A stretch of DNA of 64,000 bases from a virus (lineage: Duplodnaviria; Caudoviricetes), in the IMG/VR virus record IMGVR_UViG_3300023218_000040, positions 140,015-204,014 of that record; one strand, 5' to 3'. The notes below the pieces were generated by a model. That model searched no databases, had not been told where the DNA came from, and was given only the letters and a program-made list of their open reading frames with translations. The stretch's first letter is position 1, and each line of letters opens with the position of its first letter. Both the position numbers and the translations under genes were made by a program. Positions 38,359-45,451 of this stretch are shown here, piece by piece.

Positions 38359-38500
38359 CATAAACATTTTAAAGTTTGGTACTGCCGGATCGGCAGGAAA
38401 TAACGCCTTTGGAGAGGACATAAGACCAAAGAAATCTAATAATTTCGGAGGCATCCTCGTTGAATTAGGAAGCTCCGCCCTTTAAGGGCGGGGTAGATCA
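38359..38500 (+). mobile_element. IS200/IS605-family remnant: tnpB 3' tail / omegaRNA region and right-end hairpin
   Basis: Reads INILKFGTAGSAGNNAFGEDIRP (TnpB C-terminal-like), then GAAGCT-CCGCCCT-TTA-AGGGCGG-GTAGATCAC. Confidence 0.7.
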
Positions 38501-38728
38501 CGACGGATTTGTTAGGCGCTCGTACAACTCAGGATCTATTTCTTTGACTTTATCCAAGAAGTTTATGAGTTCTCCAGCGCTGTAGAAAACTTCGGTTTTG
38601 TCTTGGGTACGGAAGGCCAACACGGTTTTCTTTCGAATACCACGAAAAGTCACAGGTTTTTGTCCGTTGAGTTCACGAATGTGATCAACGGTGTCTATTA
38701 AAGTATCGTTTGAATATTTGGTGCTCAT
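38498..38728 (-). CDS. Hypothetical protein
   Basis: RBS GGAGA; its TGA stop coincides with the element end TCAC. Confidence 0.6.
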   Translation of the reverse strand: MSTKYSNDTLIDTVDHIRELNGQKPVTFRGIRKKTVLAFRTQDKTEVFYSAGELINFLDKVKEIDPELYERLTNPS

Positions 38729-38851
38729 GAGGATCTGTCTCTCCAGATTGTCACGCCCGCTAATTTAATACTGTTGCTTGTCTGTCAAATCTCTACGGAT
38801 AGGACGACAGACTCATACTGGTCACGTTGACGTTTAGACCGCTGCTCGTTT

Positions 38852-38936
38852 TGGTGCCCCTGGAGGGAGTCGAACCCCCATGCCTTTCGGCGGCGGCTTT
38901 TGAGACCGCTGTGTCTGCCAATTCCACCACAAGGGC
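38852..38936 (-). tRNA. tRNA-Leu(CAA)
   Basis: Cloverleaf with long variable arm, GCGGT-CTCAAAA-GCCGC, encoded CCA. Confidence 0.93.
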
Positions 38937-39058
38937 ATTCAATTAGATTGTCCTACACAATCGTCCTTTACAACCTCGGACCTTTTCAGGTATCCATACC
39001 ATCTATCGGCTAAAGCTACGCTACCCATCGGATCTCTCCTATGGACGTAGCAATCGAT

Positions 39059-39144
39059 TGGTGCGGATGAAAGGACTCGAACCTTCACGGGGTTTCCCCC
39101 ACTAGCCCCTCAAGCTAGCGTGTCTACCATTTCACCACATCCGC
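39059..39144 (-). tRNA. tRNA-Leu(GAG)
   Basis: CTAGC-TTGAGGG-GCTAG, long variable arm, CCA. Confidence 0.93.
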
Positions 39145-39316
39145 ATGGTTTAGTATTTATCATAGTAGCATCATTAACTTCTAAATTCAAGAGCCTGTTT
39201 CAGAATAGCAATAGACTTCTCGTATCTCCTGAGCAATTCTATCCGGTGCTCCCAGTCGCATGTTGTCTGTCATCTTTACCGTAAGTCTTCCCTAGTTTCT
39301 TCGAAGATGAGAATGG

Positions 39317-39667
39317 TTATGCCCTTGTTGATAGTGTTGATCTAGTTTCAGATGAAGCAGCATCGGTGTCGGCGTATGCATCAGCAGCACGTTGCTGCTC
39401 TGCGTTTACTTTCTGAGCACGTTGTTGCTGTTGACGACCCATCTGTGTTAACTGCTGATTACGCTGACGAAGCACACCAATCATCTGAGCACGACGATCT
39501 ACAGGAAGAATTTGACTTAGAACTTGCATCATGCGATTGTTGAAATCGATATCTCCATTTACCAACTTCATCATTTGATCGTGCGTAGCCGTATCAAACG
39601 TCTCGCCTTGCTCTTTCAGCTTGCGCTTCTCGGGATAGCTGGTTTCGTAGATGACTTTCTTGCTCAT
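39317..39667 (-). CDS. Hypothetical Gln-rich late protein
   Basis: TAAATA just upstream. Confidence 0.6.
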   Translation of the reverse strand: MSKKVIYETSYPEKRKLKEQGETFDTATHDQMMKLVNGDIDFNNRMMQVLSQILPVDRRAQMIGVLRQRNQQLTQMGRQQQQRAQKVNAEQQRAADAYADTDAASSETRSTLSTRA

Positions 39668-39675
39668 ACAAGTAT

Positions 39676-39849
39676 TTATTCGTCAGCTTCTACTTCCACC
39701 ACGACGCCTGCCGGAAGATCCAAAACTTCCTGTAGAGTAGCGTCTATTAGCTGAAGGTGTTCAGCACTCAAAGTTCCTTCTACATCCTCATTATTTCTCA
39801 CCAGACGACTAAACTTCACCGTCACTCTTTCTTCCACAATCTTTGCCAT
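39676..39849 (-). CDS. Hypothetical 57-aa protein (not in ORF track)
   Basis: MAKIVEERVTVKFSRLV...GVVVEVEADE; RBS GAGGA. Confidence 0.6.
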   Translation of the reverse strand: MAKIVEERVTVKFSRLVRNNEDVEGTLSAEHLQLIDATLQEVLDLPAGVVVEVEADE

Positions 39850-39877
39850 GATGATTCCTCATTAAACAACAAGAATT

Positions 39878-40397
39878 CCTAGTAGAAATTGCTTGACATT
39901 TGCTTTTTACGCTGTATAATGTGTACCGTTGAGTTAGAGAAAGCAAGAGGAATTCGTAATGAGCAACACCCTTACTCGCAACGATGTCCTTGACCTGATT
40001 GGTGACGGCACCTTCTTCAGTGTCGAGTTCACCAAGCGTCCGAAGCCCCTTGGCAAGCGTGCCCTTGCCCGAGGCGAGGTCCAGCCGACCGAGGGTGAGT
40101 ACCGGGTCTATCCTACGTGTCGCACGGGCGTCAAGAAGTACGTTACAGGCGTCGGCAAGAAGTTCGATGATGGCGACAAGAACATCGTCACGGTGTTCGT
40201 GTTCAAGGAGGGCATCAAGGTCGATGACCGTACCGAGATGACCGCCGAGACCGGTGCCTACCGCTCCATCCCCTGCGAGAACGTGAAGGTTCTCAGGACG
40301 CACAGCAAGACCTTCGAGGTCGTGGACGGTTCCCTAGTAGAAATTGCTTGACATTTGCTTTTTACGCTGTATAATGTGTACCGTTGAGTTAGAGAAA
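39878..40397 (+). repeat. 65-bp perfect direct repeat (39878-39942, 40333-40397) containing an early promoter
   Basis: Identical copies with TTGACA-16 bp-TATAAT; extends to the RBS with one mismatch. Confidence 0.92.
39959..40351 (+). CDS. Phage SH3/WYL-like beta-barrel protein
   Basis: FFSVEFTK...RTGVKKYVTG...TV..F...YRSI. Confidence 0.6.
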   Translation: MSNTLTRNDVLDLIGDGTFFSVEFTKRPKPLGKRALARGEVQPTEGEYRVYPTCRTGVKKYVTGVGKKFDDGDKNIVTVFVFKEGIKVDDRTEMTAETGAYRSIPCENVKVLRTHSKTFEVVDGSLVEIA

Positions 40398-40413
40398 ACA
40401 AGAGGAAGATGAA

Positions 40414-40689
40414 ATGAACAAGTCCAAAGAGCTTTACATCGAGCCCGGTGCCAAGAATGGCTGGTTCGAGCCCAGACTGTCCAAGAAGGGGCAGTCCGGT
40501 ATTGTCACGACCATCAGCTATCAGGGTCTCGTAGACATTTTGAAGGAGGCTGGTGTCATCGGTAGCGACCAAGAGGCAGAGCGCCTCCGCATCACCCAGC
40601 AGGGCATCGATGTGTTCCTGGATGGCCCTCCACGCACCGTGGGTGAAGCCATAACCCAGCGCACTCGTAATCGAGAGTTCCGGCGATGA
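40414..40689 (+). CDS. Hypothetical early protein
   Basis: RBS GAGGA behind the repeated promoter. Confidence 0.6.
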   Translation: MNKSKELYIEPGAKNGWFEPRLSKKGQSGIVTTISYQGLVDILKEAGVIGSDQEAERLRITQQGIDVFLDGPPRTVGEAITQRTRNREFRR

Positions 40690-40818
40690 GCGACAAGACC
40701 ATCCTTCTGGAGCCGAACGAGCGAGATAACTGACTCTATCCTCGCAAAGATATTCGGCAGAATATGGACTAAATCTATTGACTTCCAATTCAAGGAGTGA
40801 TAAATATACAAAACACAT

Positions 40819-40907
40819 GGGTGTTTTTCCCCACTCTGGTCTGTAAAACCAGCGTCAAAAAACCGTGGGGTGGTAGACGGGAGGTTCGATTCCTTGAACA
40901 CCCACCA
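40819..40907 (+). ncRNA. Non-canonical tRNA-like RNA with GTA (Tyr) anticodon and no D-arm in the normal position
   Basis: GGGTGTT/AACACCC acceptor, A73, CCA; CTGGT-CTGTAAA-ACCAG; T-loop TTCGATT; own TAAATA promoter and terminator. Confidence 0.75.
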
Positions 40908-40910
40908 AAT

Positions 40911-40936
40911 AAAAAGGCTCCTTCGGGAGCCTTTTT
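40911..40936. terminator. Intrinsic terminator
   Basis: AAAAAGGCTCC-TTCG-GGAGCCTTTTT. Confidence 0.88.
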
Positions 40937-41018
40937 CATTTGTGACACAGTTCACAGACATTTCCTGAAGAATAGTGTAGGATACATCTATCGACCCAAC
41001 AACCATGAGGAGATAGAG

Positions 41019-41246
41019 ATGTACAAGGACGCTTACGCAATTCTGGAGGAGGAGTCGCCGTGCGACACGTGCGAGAACTTCATGCAGTGCCGTTACGAGC
41101 CGCTCGCCTGCAAGGACTTCCTGGACTACACGAACGACGGCAAACTGGTCCGCTACGACGACGAGGGCAACGAGATCGAGGGCAACAAGGAGCCGAAGCG
41201 ACGCTACTACAAAGTGCTCTTCCCGAATGACCAGATCACCGCCTGA
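41019..41246 (+). CDS. Small Cys-rich hypothetical protein
   Basis: RBS GAGGAG; PCDTC...C...C. Confidence 0.65.
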   Translation: MYKDAYAILEEESPCDTCENFMQCRYEPLACKDFLDYTNDGKLVRYDDEGNEIEGNKEPKRRYYKVLFPNDQITA

Positions 41247-41252
41247 AAACAC

Positions 41253-41281
41253 TTGACAAACGGGATAGAGGAGAGTATAGT
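41253..41281 (+). promoter_or_regulatory. Near-consensus sigma70 promoter driving the long non-coding region
   Basis: TTGACA-17 bp-TATAGT. Confidence 0.8.
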
Positions 41282-41287
41282 ACACAC

Positions 41288-41922
41288 CATAGCAGAGAAT
41301 ACTATACAAAGAACCACGGATTCACAGGGATTAATAGGGTTGCGTTCGAATAATACACGCACCCGGCGACCTGGGGTAACGTCGCCATTCAAAGACCCCC
41401 TTGACATTTGGGTGGCTCTACGGACCTACCCGGCGACCTGAGCACGTCGCCTGACGAATAAAAGGCTCCCCGAATTTTTGAATTCGGTGGCATCTTCGAC
41501 TGAGACGGTACCGTGATACAGCACGGGGAAAGTGGAGAATAACTGTACGCCAACGTAGTCGAACCTCTGCCACCGACTTACAATCGGAGACGTACATCGT
41601 TTCCGGGCGACCTCGGCAAGTCGCCTGACGAAAAAACTGCCCTTTGAACACGGTCTTTTGTTTCTGGATTCGCCCATGGGATGACCGGGAAATCATAACC
41701 GGGTGTTAGCGAGCCTTGGGAAGAGACATCGAATGTAATGGAGTCCGACTAGCCATACAGTGTCGGTGACAGGCTGGAAAGACAGCGGTTTGAGACAAGT
41801 CGGGCCAAGAGCGGCCAACCTGACAGCCGGTGTGAGTCCGGGCAGCCCGACGACTTGAATTGCAGGGTGCCGCACCTGGGAACAGGTGGCCGCTGGAGGC
41901 TCGATCCCTCAACTCTGCTCCA
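41288..41922 (+). ncRNA. Candidate long structured ncRNA with three pseudoknot modules and a 3' tRNA-like CCA domain
   Basis: ~660 bp with no credible CDS; 3x GGCGAC/GTCGCC stems with covarying loop-downstream pairing; multiple long helices. Confidence 0.65.
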
Positions 41923-41951
41923 ATCAACGCCAAATTCGGAGATAAGACCTA

Positions 41952-42281
41952 ATGGCAACAAAGACAACCAAACTGGCTGGACCCGATAGCAAAGGCAACT
42001 ACAAGGTGCTCTCGGTCACCAATCATCTCGGCGTGAAGCCCGGTGAGGTTTACACCGAACGCTATGTTCGAAACCACATCATGCACTCCAACGGTCCCAA
42101 CGTGACCATCGTCCAGCCGAAGTACGAGGGCATGGTCGAGAAGCAGCGGAAGTGCTTCACGGATAAGCCCGTCAACCATGACTTCTGGTCGAGCCCATTC
42201 GCTGAGGAAGTAGATGGCAGCCAAGAGAGTCTGGATGCAGCTTACGCAAAGTTCGCTGCTTTTCTGAAAGAAAATTCTTGA
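41952..42281 (+). CDS. Hypothetical early protein
   Basis: RBS GGAGA; codon bias. Confidence 0.65.
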   Translation: MATKTTKLAGPDSKGNYKVLSVTNHLGVKPGEVYTERYVRNHIMHSNGPNVTIVQPKYEGMVEKQRKCFTDKPVNHDFWSSPFAEEVDGSQESLDAAYAKFAAFLKENS

Positions 42282-42312
42282 TAAAAAGAAGATATCTTGA
42301 TAGGATGTCAGT

Positions 42313-42642
42313 ATGATTCTAGTATTCACCATCGCCAACGGACGGACTCGCATTATCACTGGTGTGACGAATTTCTATGCGTTTGGTGATACTTTCGTCT
42401 TCAACCGTGAGGGTCAGAAGCAGCCCGTCAATGTACCGAACAACTACAATTTCGGTCTTGCGCTGGATATTTCATTTTTACTGAAGCGGTACTCAGCGAT
42501 CTACGCCATTTGTGGTTTGGACGATTGCAACAAGTTTGGTGTTGGGAATGGTTTGATCAAGTGGATCGCTTGGGGTGGTGAATTCATCGCAGGCATGACC
42601 GAGGATGAGGCACACAAGTTCCTCAAGGAGAACCCGTTATGA
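42313..42642 (+). CDS. Hypothetical protein
   Basis: Co-oriented ORF with RBS AGGA. Confidence 0.55.
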   Translation: MILVFTIANGRTRIITGVTNFYAFGDTFVFNREGQKQPVNVPNNYNFGLALDISFLLKRYSAIYAICGLDDCNKFGVGNGLIKWIAWGGEFIAGMTEDEAHKFLKENPL

Positions 42643-42866
42643 ACGTGACAACGACCGCTGAGGAGACATTCACCCTTGAGGACAGCCAGGACATGGCGCT
42701 TATGGTCTACCGTCGATTCGGCTACGATCTGTGCGCCGCCACGGCTGCCTGGAGGCGCATGCTTCAGAACAATGCCACTCGTGGGGATTATCTGGATCTC
42801 CTAATCGGTGCTGCGGCTCGTCAACCGGCAAATCGTGACATCGCTTCTATTCTCAGAAAGGATTAA
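42639..42866 (+). CDS. Hypothetical protein
   Basis: ATGA overlap, RBS AAGGAG. Confidence 0.55.
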   Translation: MNVTTTAEETFTLEDSQDMALMVYRRFGYDLCAATAAWRRMLQNNATRGDYLDLLIGAAARQPANRDIASILRKD

Positions 42867-43954
42867 ACCACAACCAGTCCGTGCGAGGGCAGTAGCTCTC
42901 GCAGGACGTAATGACGATAGTAGCTGGCTGCTTTCATGAATCGGTAGACCGGTAAGTTTAGAATATCGGAACTGGTCTTCATATTCTTGAAGTTGTTCCA
43001 CTGCTTATGCCAGTGAACTGAATTATACTCTGGCATTCCATCCTGAAACCCAAATTCGAACCTACGTGCTGCTTTCTTCCAGGCTTCGGCTCTGGTTTTT
43101 TTGTTACCCACGGTAGCCAAGATCCTCTCGATGCGCTGCTTGTGTCCCAAGAACCGCATCTTGCTCTTGCGATCATAAACCTCGGGATGAACATCTACAT
43201 ATTCAACTAGCTTGTCATAAACTGTCTCACACGCTTGCATGTATGTCTGTGGATTATTTCTCCAAATGCGTTCTGCATTCTTTGGATATTCTGGAATATA
43301 GCTCCACTCCAAGAATGGGATATCGGGATACGTAGATACTCCACCGTGGCCTAGTGCTCCACTATAGATTTCACTGACACCACTAATCACGGAACGAATA
43401 TTAGACAGCAGACCACCTTGGTAGCCGTATTCGTTGAACCATTCTGAAATAGTACGACCCAAAGCCATACGTACTACTTCTTCTGATTGTCTTAGCTTGA
43501 AGGAATCTCCACGAACACGATTTCGACGGGAAGACACTCCAGAGAATCTATAATGAGCGAAGGTATCCTGGAATGTATGAAGACTGATGCCCATCAATTC
43601 TGCATGGTAGTCAGCTTGGCAGTTGATACTGTTTTGTATCATCTCTTGTGCGATAAGAGAATTCTTTCTACAGAGGAGACGTTCGGTCCACGCTTCGCCC
43701 TGATTACCTGGAATGAAATGAAATGGAACCCAGATGAAACGTTGGTCATCCTCATCTCTATTTCTTAGATTGCCAGGGTGATGAGCGGTCGGGATAGCGA
43801 CTATTTTTCCGCCATCCTCGTGATCACCGATTTCACGAGCGGTATTATCATCAACGTACTGGGTCGAGTACGCTATGATGTGTGAAGTTTCAGCATTGAT
43901 CCCAGCGATACGTGATAAACAATACGTACCGTAATAATGCATGTCTACCTGCAT
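42863..43954 (-). CDS. DUF6765-like His-rich protein (possible Zn-dependent phospholipase C/P1 nuclease fold)
   Basis: MQ.DMHYYGTY, SQYVDD-like, TAHH, PFHFIPG, LHTFQDTFAH, LGHG. Confidence 0.6.
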   Translation of the reverse strand: MQVDMHYYGTYCLSRIAGINAETSHIIAYSTQYVDDNTAREIGDHEDGGKIVAIPTAHHPGNLRNRDEDDQRFIWVPFHFIPGNQGEAWTERLLCRKNSLIAQEMIQNSINCQADYHAELMGISLHTFQDTFAHYRFSGVSSRRNRVRGDSFKLRQSEEVVRMALGRTISEWFNEYGYQGGLLSNIRSVISGVSEIYSGALGHGGVSTYPDIPFLEWSYIPEYPKNAERIWRNNPQTYMQACETVYDKLVEYVDVHPEVYDRKSKMRFLGHKQRIERILATVGNKKTRAEAWKKAARRFEFGFQDGMPEYNSVHWHKQWNNFKNMKTSSDILNLPVYRFMKAASYYRHYVLRELLPSHGLVVV

Positions 43955-44001
43955 GGGCCTTTTTCTTGTTATTTGCCGTGGCTCTATGGCCACACAGGTA
44001 T

Positions 44002-44742
44002 TTAGTCTAAGAAGTTGCTGGAGAACTCCACTGCGTTTTCACTCTGGGCCTTGGTGTATTTGGTAAGTCCGGTCCAGTCGCCATCAAAGATCTCATCAGC
44101 CAATCCCCAATCCACTGTTTCCTTGGCAGTCAGAAATACATCGTCTTTTCGGCGCATCTGTTCCATGAGCATGTCAGCAATCCATTCTGATTTTTTCTTG
44201 GAGAACTTTCCACCTTGCTTCATGCGACGGACATAGATTTCCAACATCAGGCGGTTAGTATCTTTGTAGAACTCCATCCCGGACATGACAGTACGCATGT
44301 TTCCTTCATCCCCATAGGTTCCCTCATGAAACATGAAGTGCGAATTGGGCATCATGACTCTCTTAGTCACAGCCTGGAAAATGATGGAAGACATCGACCG
44401 GGCGTGAGAATAGTTCAGGATCGTGGTATCATGAGGATAGGAGATGAGCATATCGAACATGGCCATGCCTTCGATCCAATCTCCACCGTTGGTCTTCATG
44501 TGGATCACGACTGGACTTTGAGAGGTCTTCATACACAGATGCATATTCAAAACAAAGCGATTGGCCATCGTGAAATTGACACCGGGTTCAGCATCTCCAT
44601 AAGCATCAGTTCCGGCCAGATTGTGATCACCGAACAGATAGATGTGGTTGTTTTGAATATCCAGATGATATTCTTGCATGCGATAAACCGGATCTTCCGC
44701 CTTATTCAATTTCACCTTATCGGTATTGTCAAATTTAGCCAT
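44002..44742 (-). CDS. clpP: ClpP-like protease
   Basis: TNGGD, ARSMSS (Ser), FMFHEG (His), DVFLTAKE..WGLADEI. Confidence 0.8.
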   Translation of the reverse strand: MAKFDNTDKVKLNKAEDPVYRMQEYHLDIQNNHIYLFGDHNLAGTDAYGDAEPGVNFTMANRFVLNMHLCMKTSQSPVVIHMKTNGGDWIEGMAMFDMLISYPHDTTILNYSHARSMSSIIFQAVTKRVMMPNSHFMFHEGTYGDEGNMRTVMSGMEFYKDTNRLMLEIYVRRMKQGGKFSKKKSEWIADMLMEQMRRKDDVFLTAKETVDWGLADEIFDGDWTGLTKYTKAQSENAVEFSSNFLD

Positions 44743-44821
44743 CGAAATGCCTCCTATGTGGTGTCTGAAATATATGGCTACCCGATCCGGCTGTCAAACA
44801 TCAAATTCCTCAAGAAAAAGC

Positions 44822-44850
44822 TTGACATTGGATCGTGAATTTGATAAGAT
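44822..44850 (+). promoter_or_regulatory. sigma70 promoter
   Basis: TTGACA-17 bp-TAAGAT. Confidence 0.7.
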
Positions 44851-44856
44851 ACTTGT

Positions 44857-45050
44857 GTTGTGGGAGGCGACTCCCTTGCGGATGCCCACACCAAAGGTTG
44901 GTAGAAGCCTGTTCCTTTCGCCTGGAACTAATAGCACGCTCATCCTTAATTGGATGTGAAGACCGGGATCTGGTGGGTATTAACCTCACCAGTCATGGGT
45001 AGGCTCCACCGGGTTGTGGCTGACCGTCGCATCGAGTGTTGACCAACCGG
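44857..45050 (+). ncRNA. Candidate multi-helix ncRNA
   Basis: GGTTGGT/ACCAACC closing stem, AGCCT/AGGCT, three internal hairpins, GNRA-capped 5' hairpin. Confidence 0.5.
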
Positions 45051-45098
45051 TTTCTCTTGACTTTCGAGTCGAGTCGATATAAATATACTGTACGCAAC

Positions 45099-45177
45099 GC
45101 TCCGTTGGACTAGTCTGGTTTAGGTCGTCACCCTCTCAAGGTGAAGGTCGTGGGTTCGAATCCCACACGGAGTGCCA
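45099..45177 (+). tRNA. tRNA-Glu(CTC)
   Basis: TCACC-CTCTCAA-GGTGA, cloverleaf, CCA. Confidence 0.9.
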
Positions 45178-45179
45178 AT

Positions 45180-45256
45180 GCACCGTTCGTCTAGTGGCCT
45201 AGGATGCCTGCCTTTCAAGCAGGAAGACGCCGGTTCGAATCCGGCACGGTGTACCA
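45180..45256 (+). tRNA. tRNA-Glu(TTC)
   Basis: CCTGC-CTTTCAA-GCAGG, cloverleaf, CCA. Confidence 0.93.
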
Positions 45257-45264
45257 AATTCTCT

Positions 45265-45344
45265 GCCCCTGTATCCCCTCGGGTTTCTACCCCGATGAAA
45301 GGGTAATTGGACACATGCGGGTTCGAATCCTGTCTGGGGCTCCA
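45265..45344 (+). ncRNA. Non-canonical tRNA-like RNA with TCT (Arg) anticodon and no D-arm in the normal position
   Basis: GCCCCTG/CTGGGGC acceptor + TCCA; TCGGG-TTTCTAC-CCCGA; GCGGG-TTCGAAT-CCTGT; D-loop-like AATTGGA lies after the anticodon arm. Confidence 0.75.
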
Positions 45345-45451
45345 CGCCATTGATCCCACCAAAAGGATGGAAACATCCGAAATTGACACTGGACAAACGA
45401 CCGTTCTGTGTGATACTATATACTCCCTGATATTTTTGGAGAGCTAGAGTC

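Noticed and set aside
40819-40907. tRNA-Sec (selC) or ordinary degenerate pseudo-tRNA
   Set aside because: The anticodon is GTA, not TCA, and there is no extended D-stem. Intact stems, CCA, a dedicated promoter/terminator and a second gene with the same layout argue against simple decay, though decay is not excluded.
41401-41430. TTGACA as an internal promoter
   Set aside because: No -10 element at 16-18 bp; it lies within a structured module junction.
41432-41468. preQ1-I or SAM-II riboswitch identity for the pseudoknots
   Set aside because: Loop length and conserved ligand-binding nucleotides do not match, and no regulated gene follows.
41446-41470. CTGACGA as a hammerhead ribozyme core (also at 41625)
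   Set aside because: No stem II followed by GAAA and no UH cleavage triplet before stem I; the downstream bases fit pseudoknot pairing better.
41365-41641. GGCGAC...GTCGCC repeats as a CRISPR array
   Set aside because: Only three copies, irregular spacing (67 and 174 bp), variable interior, structured 'spacers' and no cas genes.
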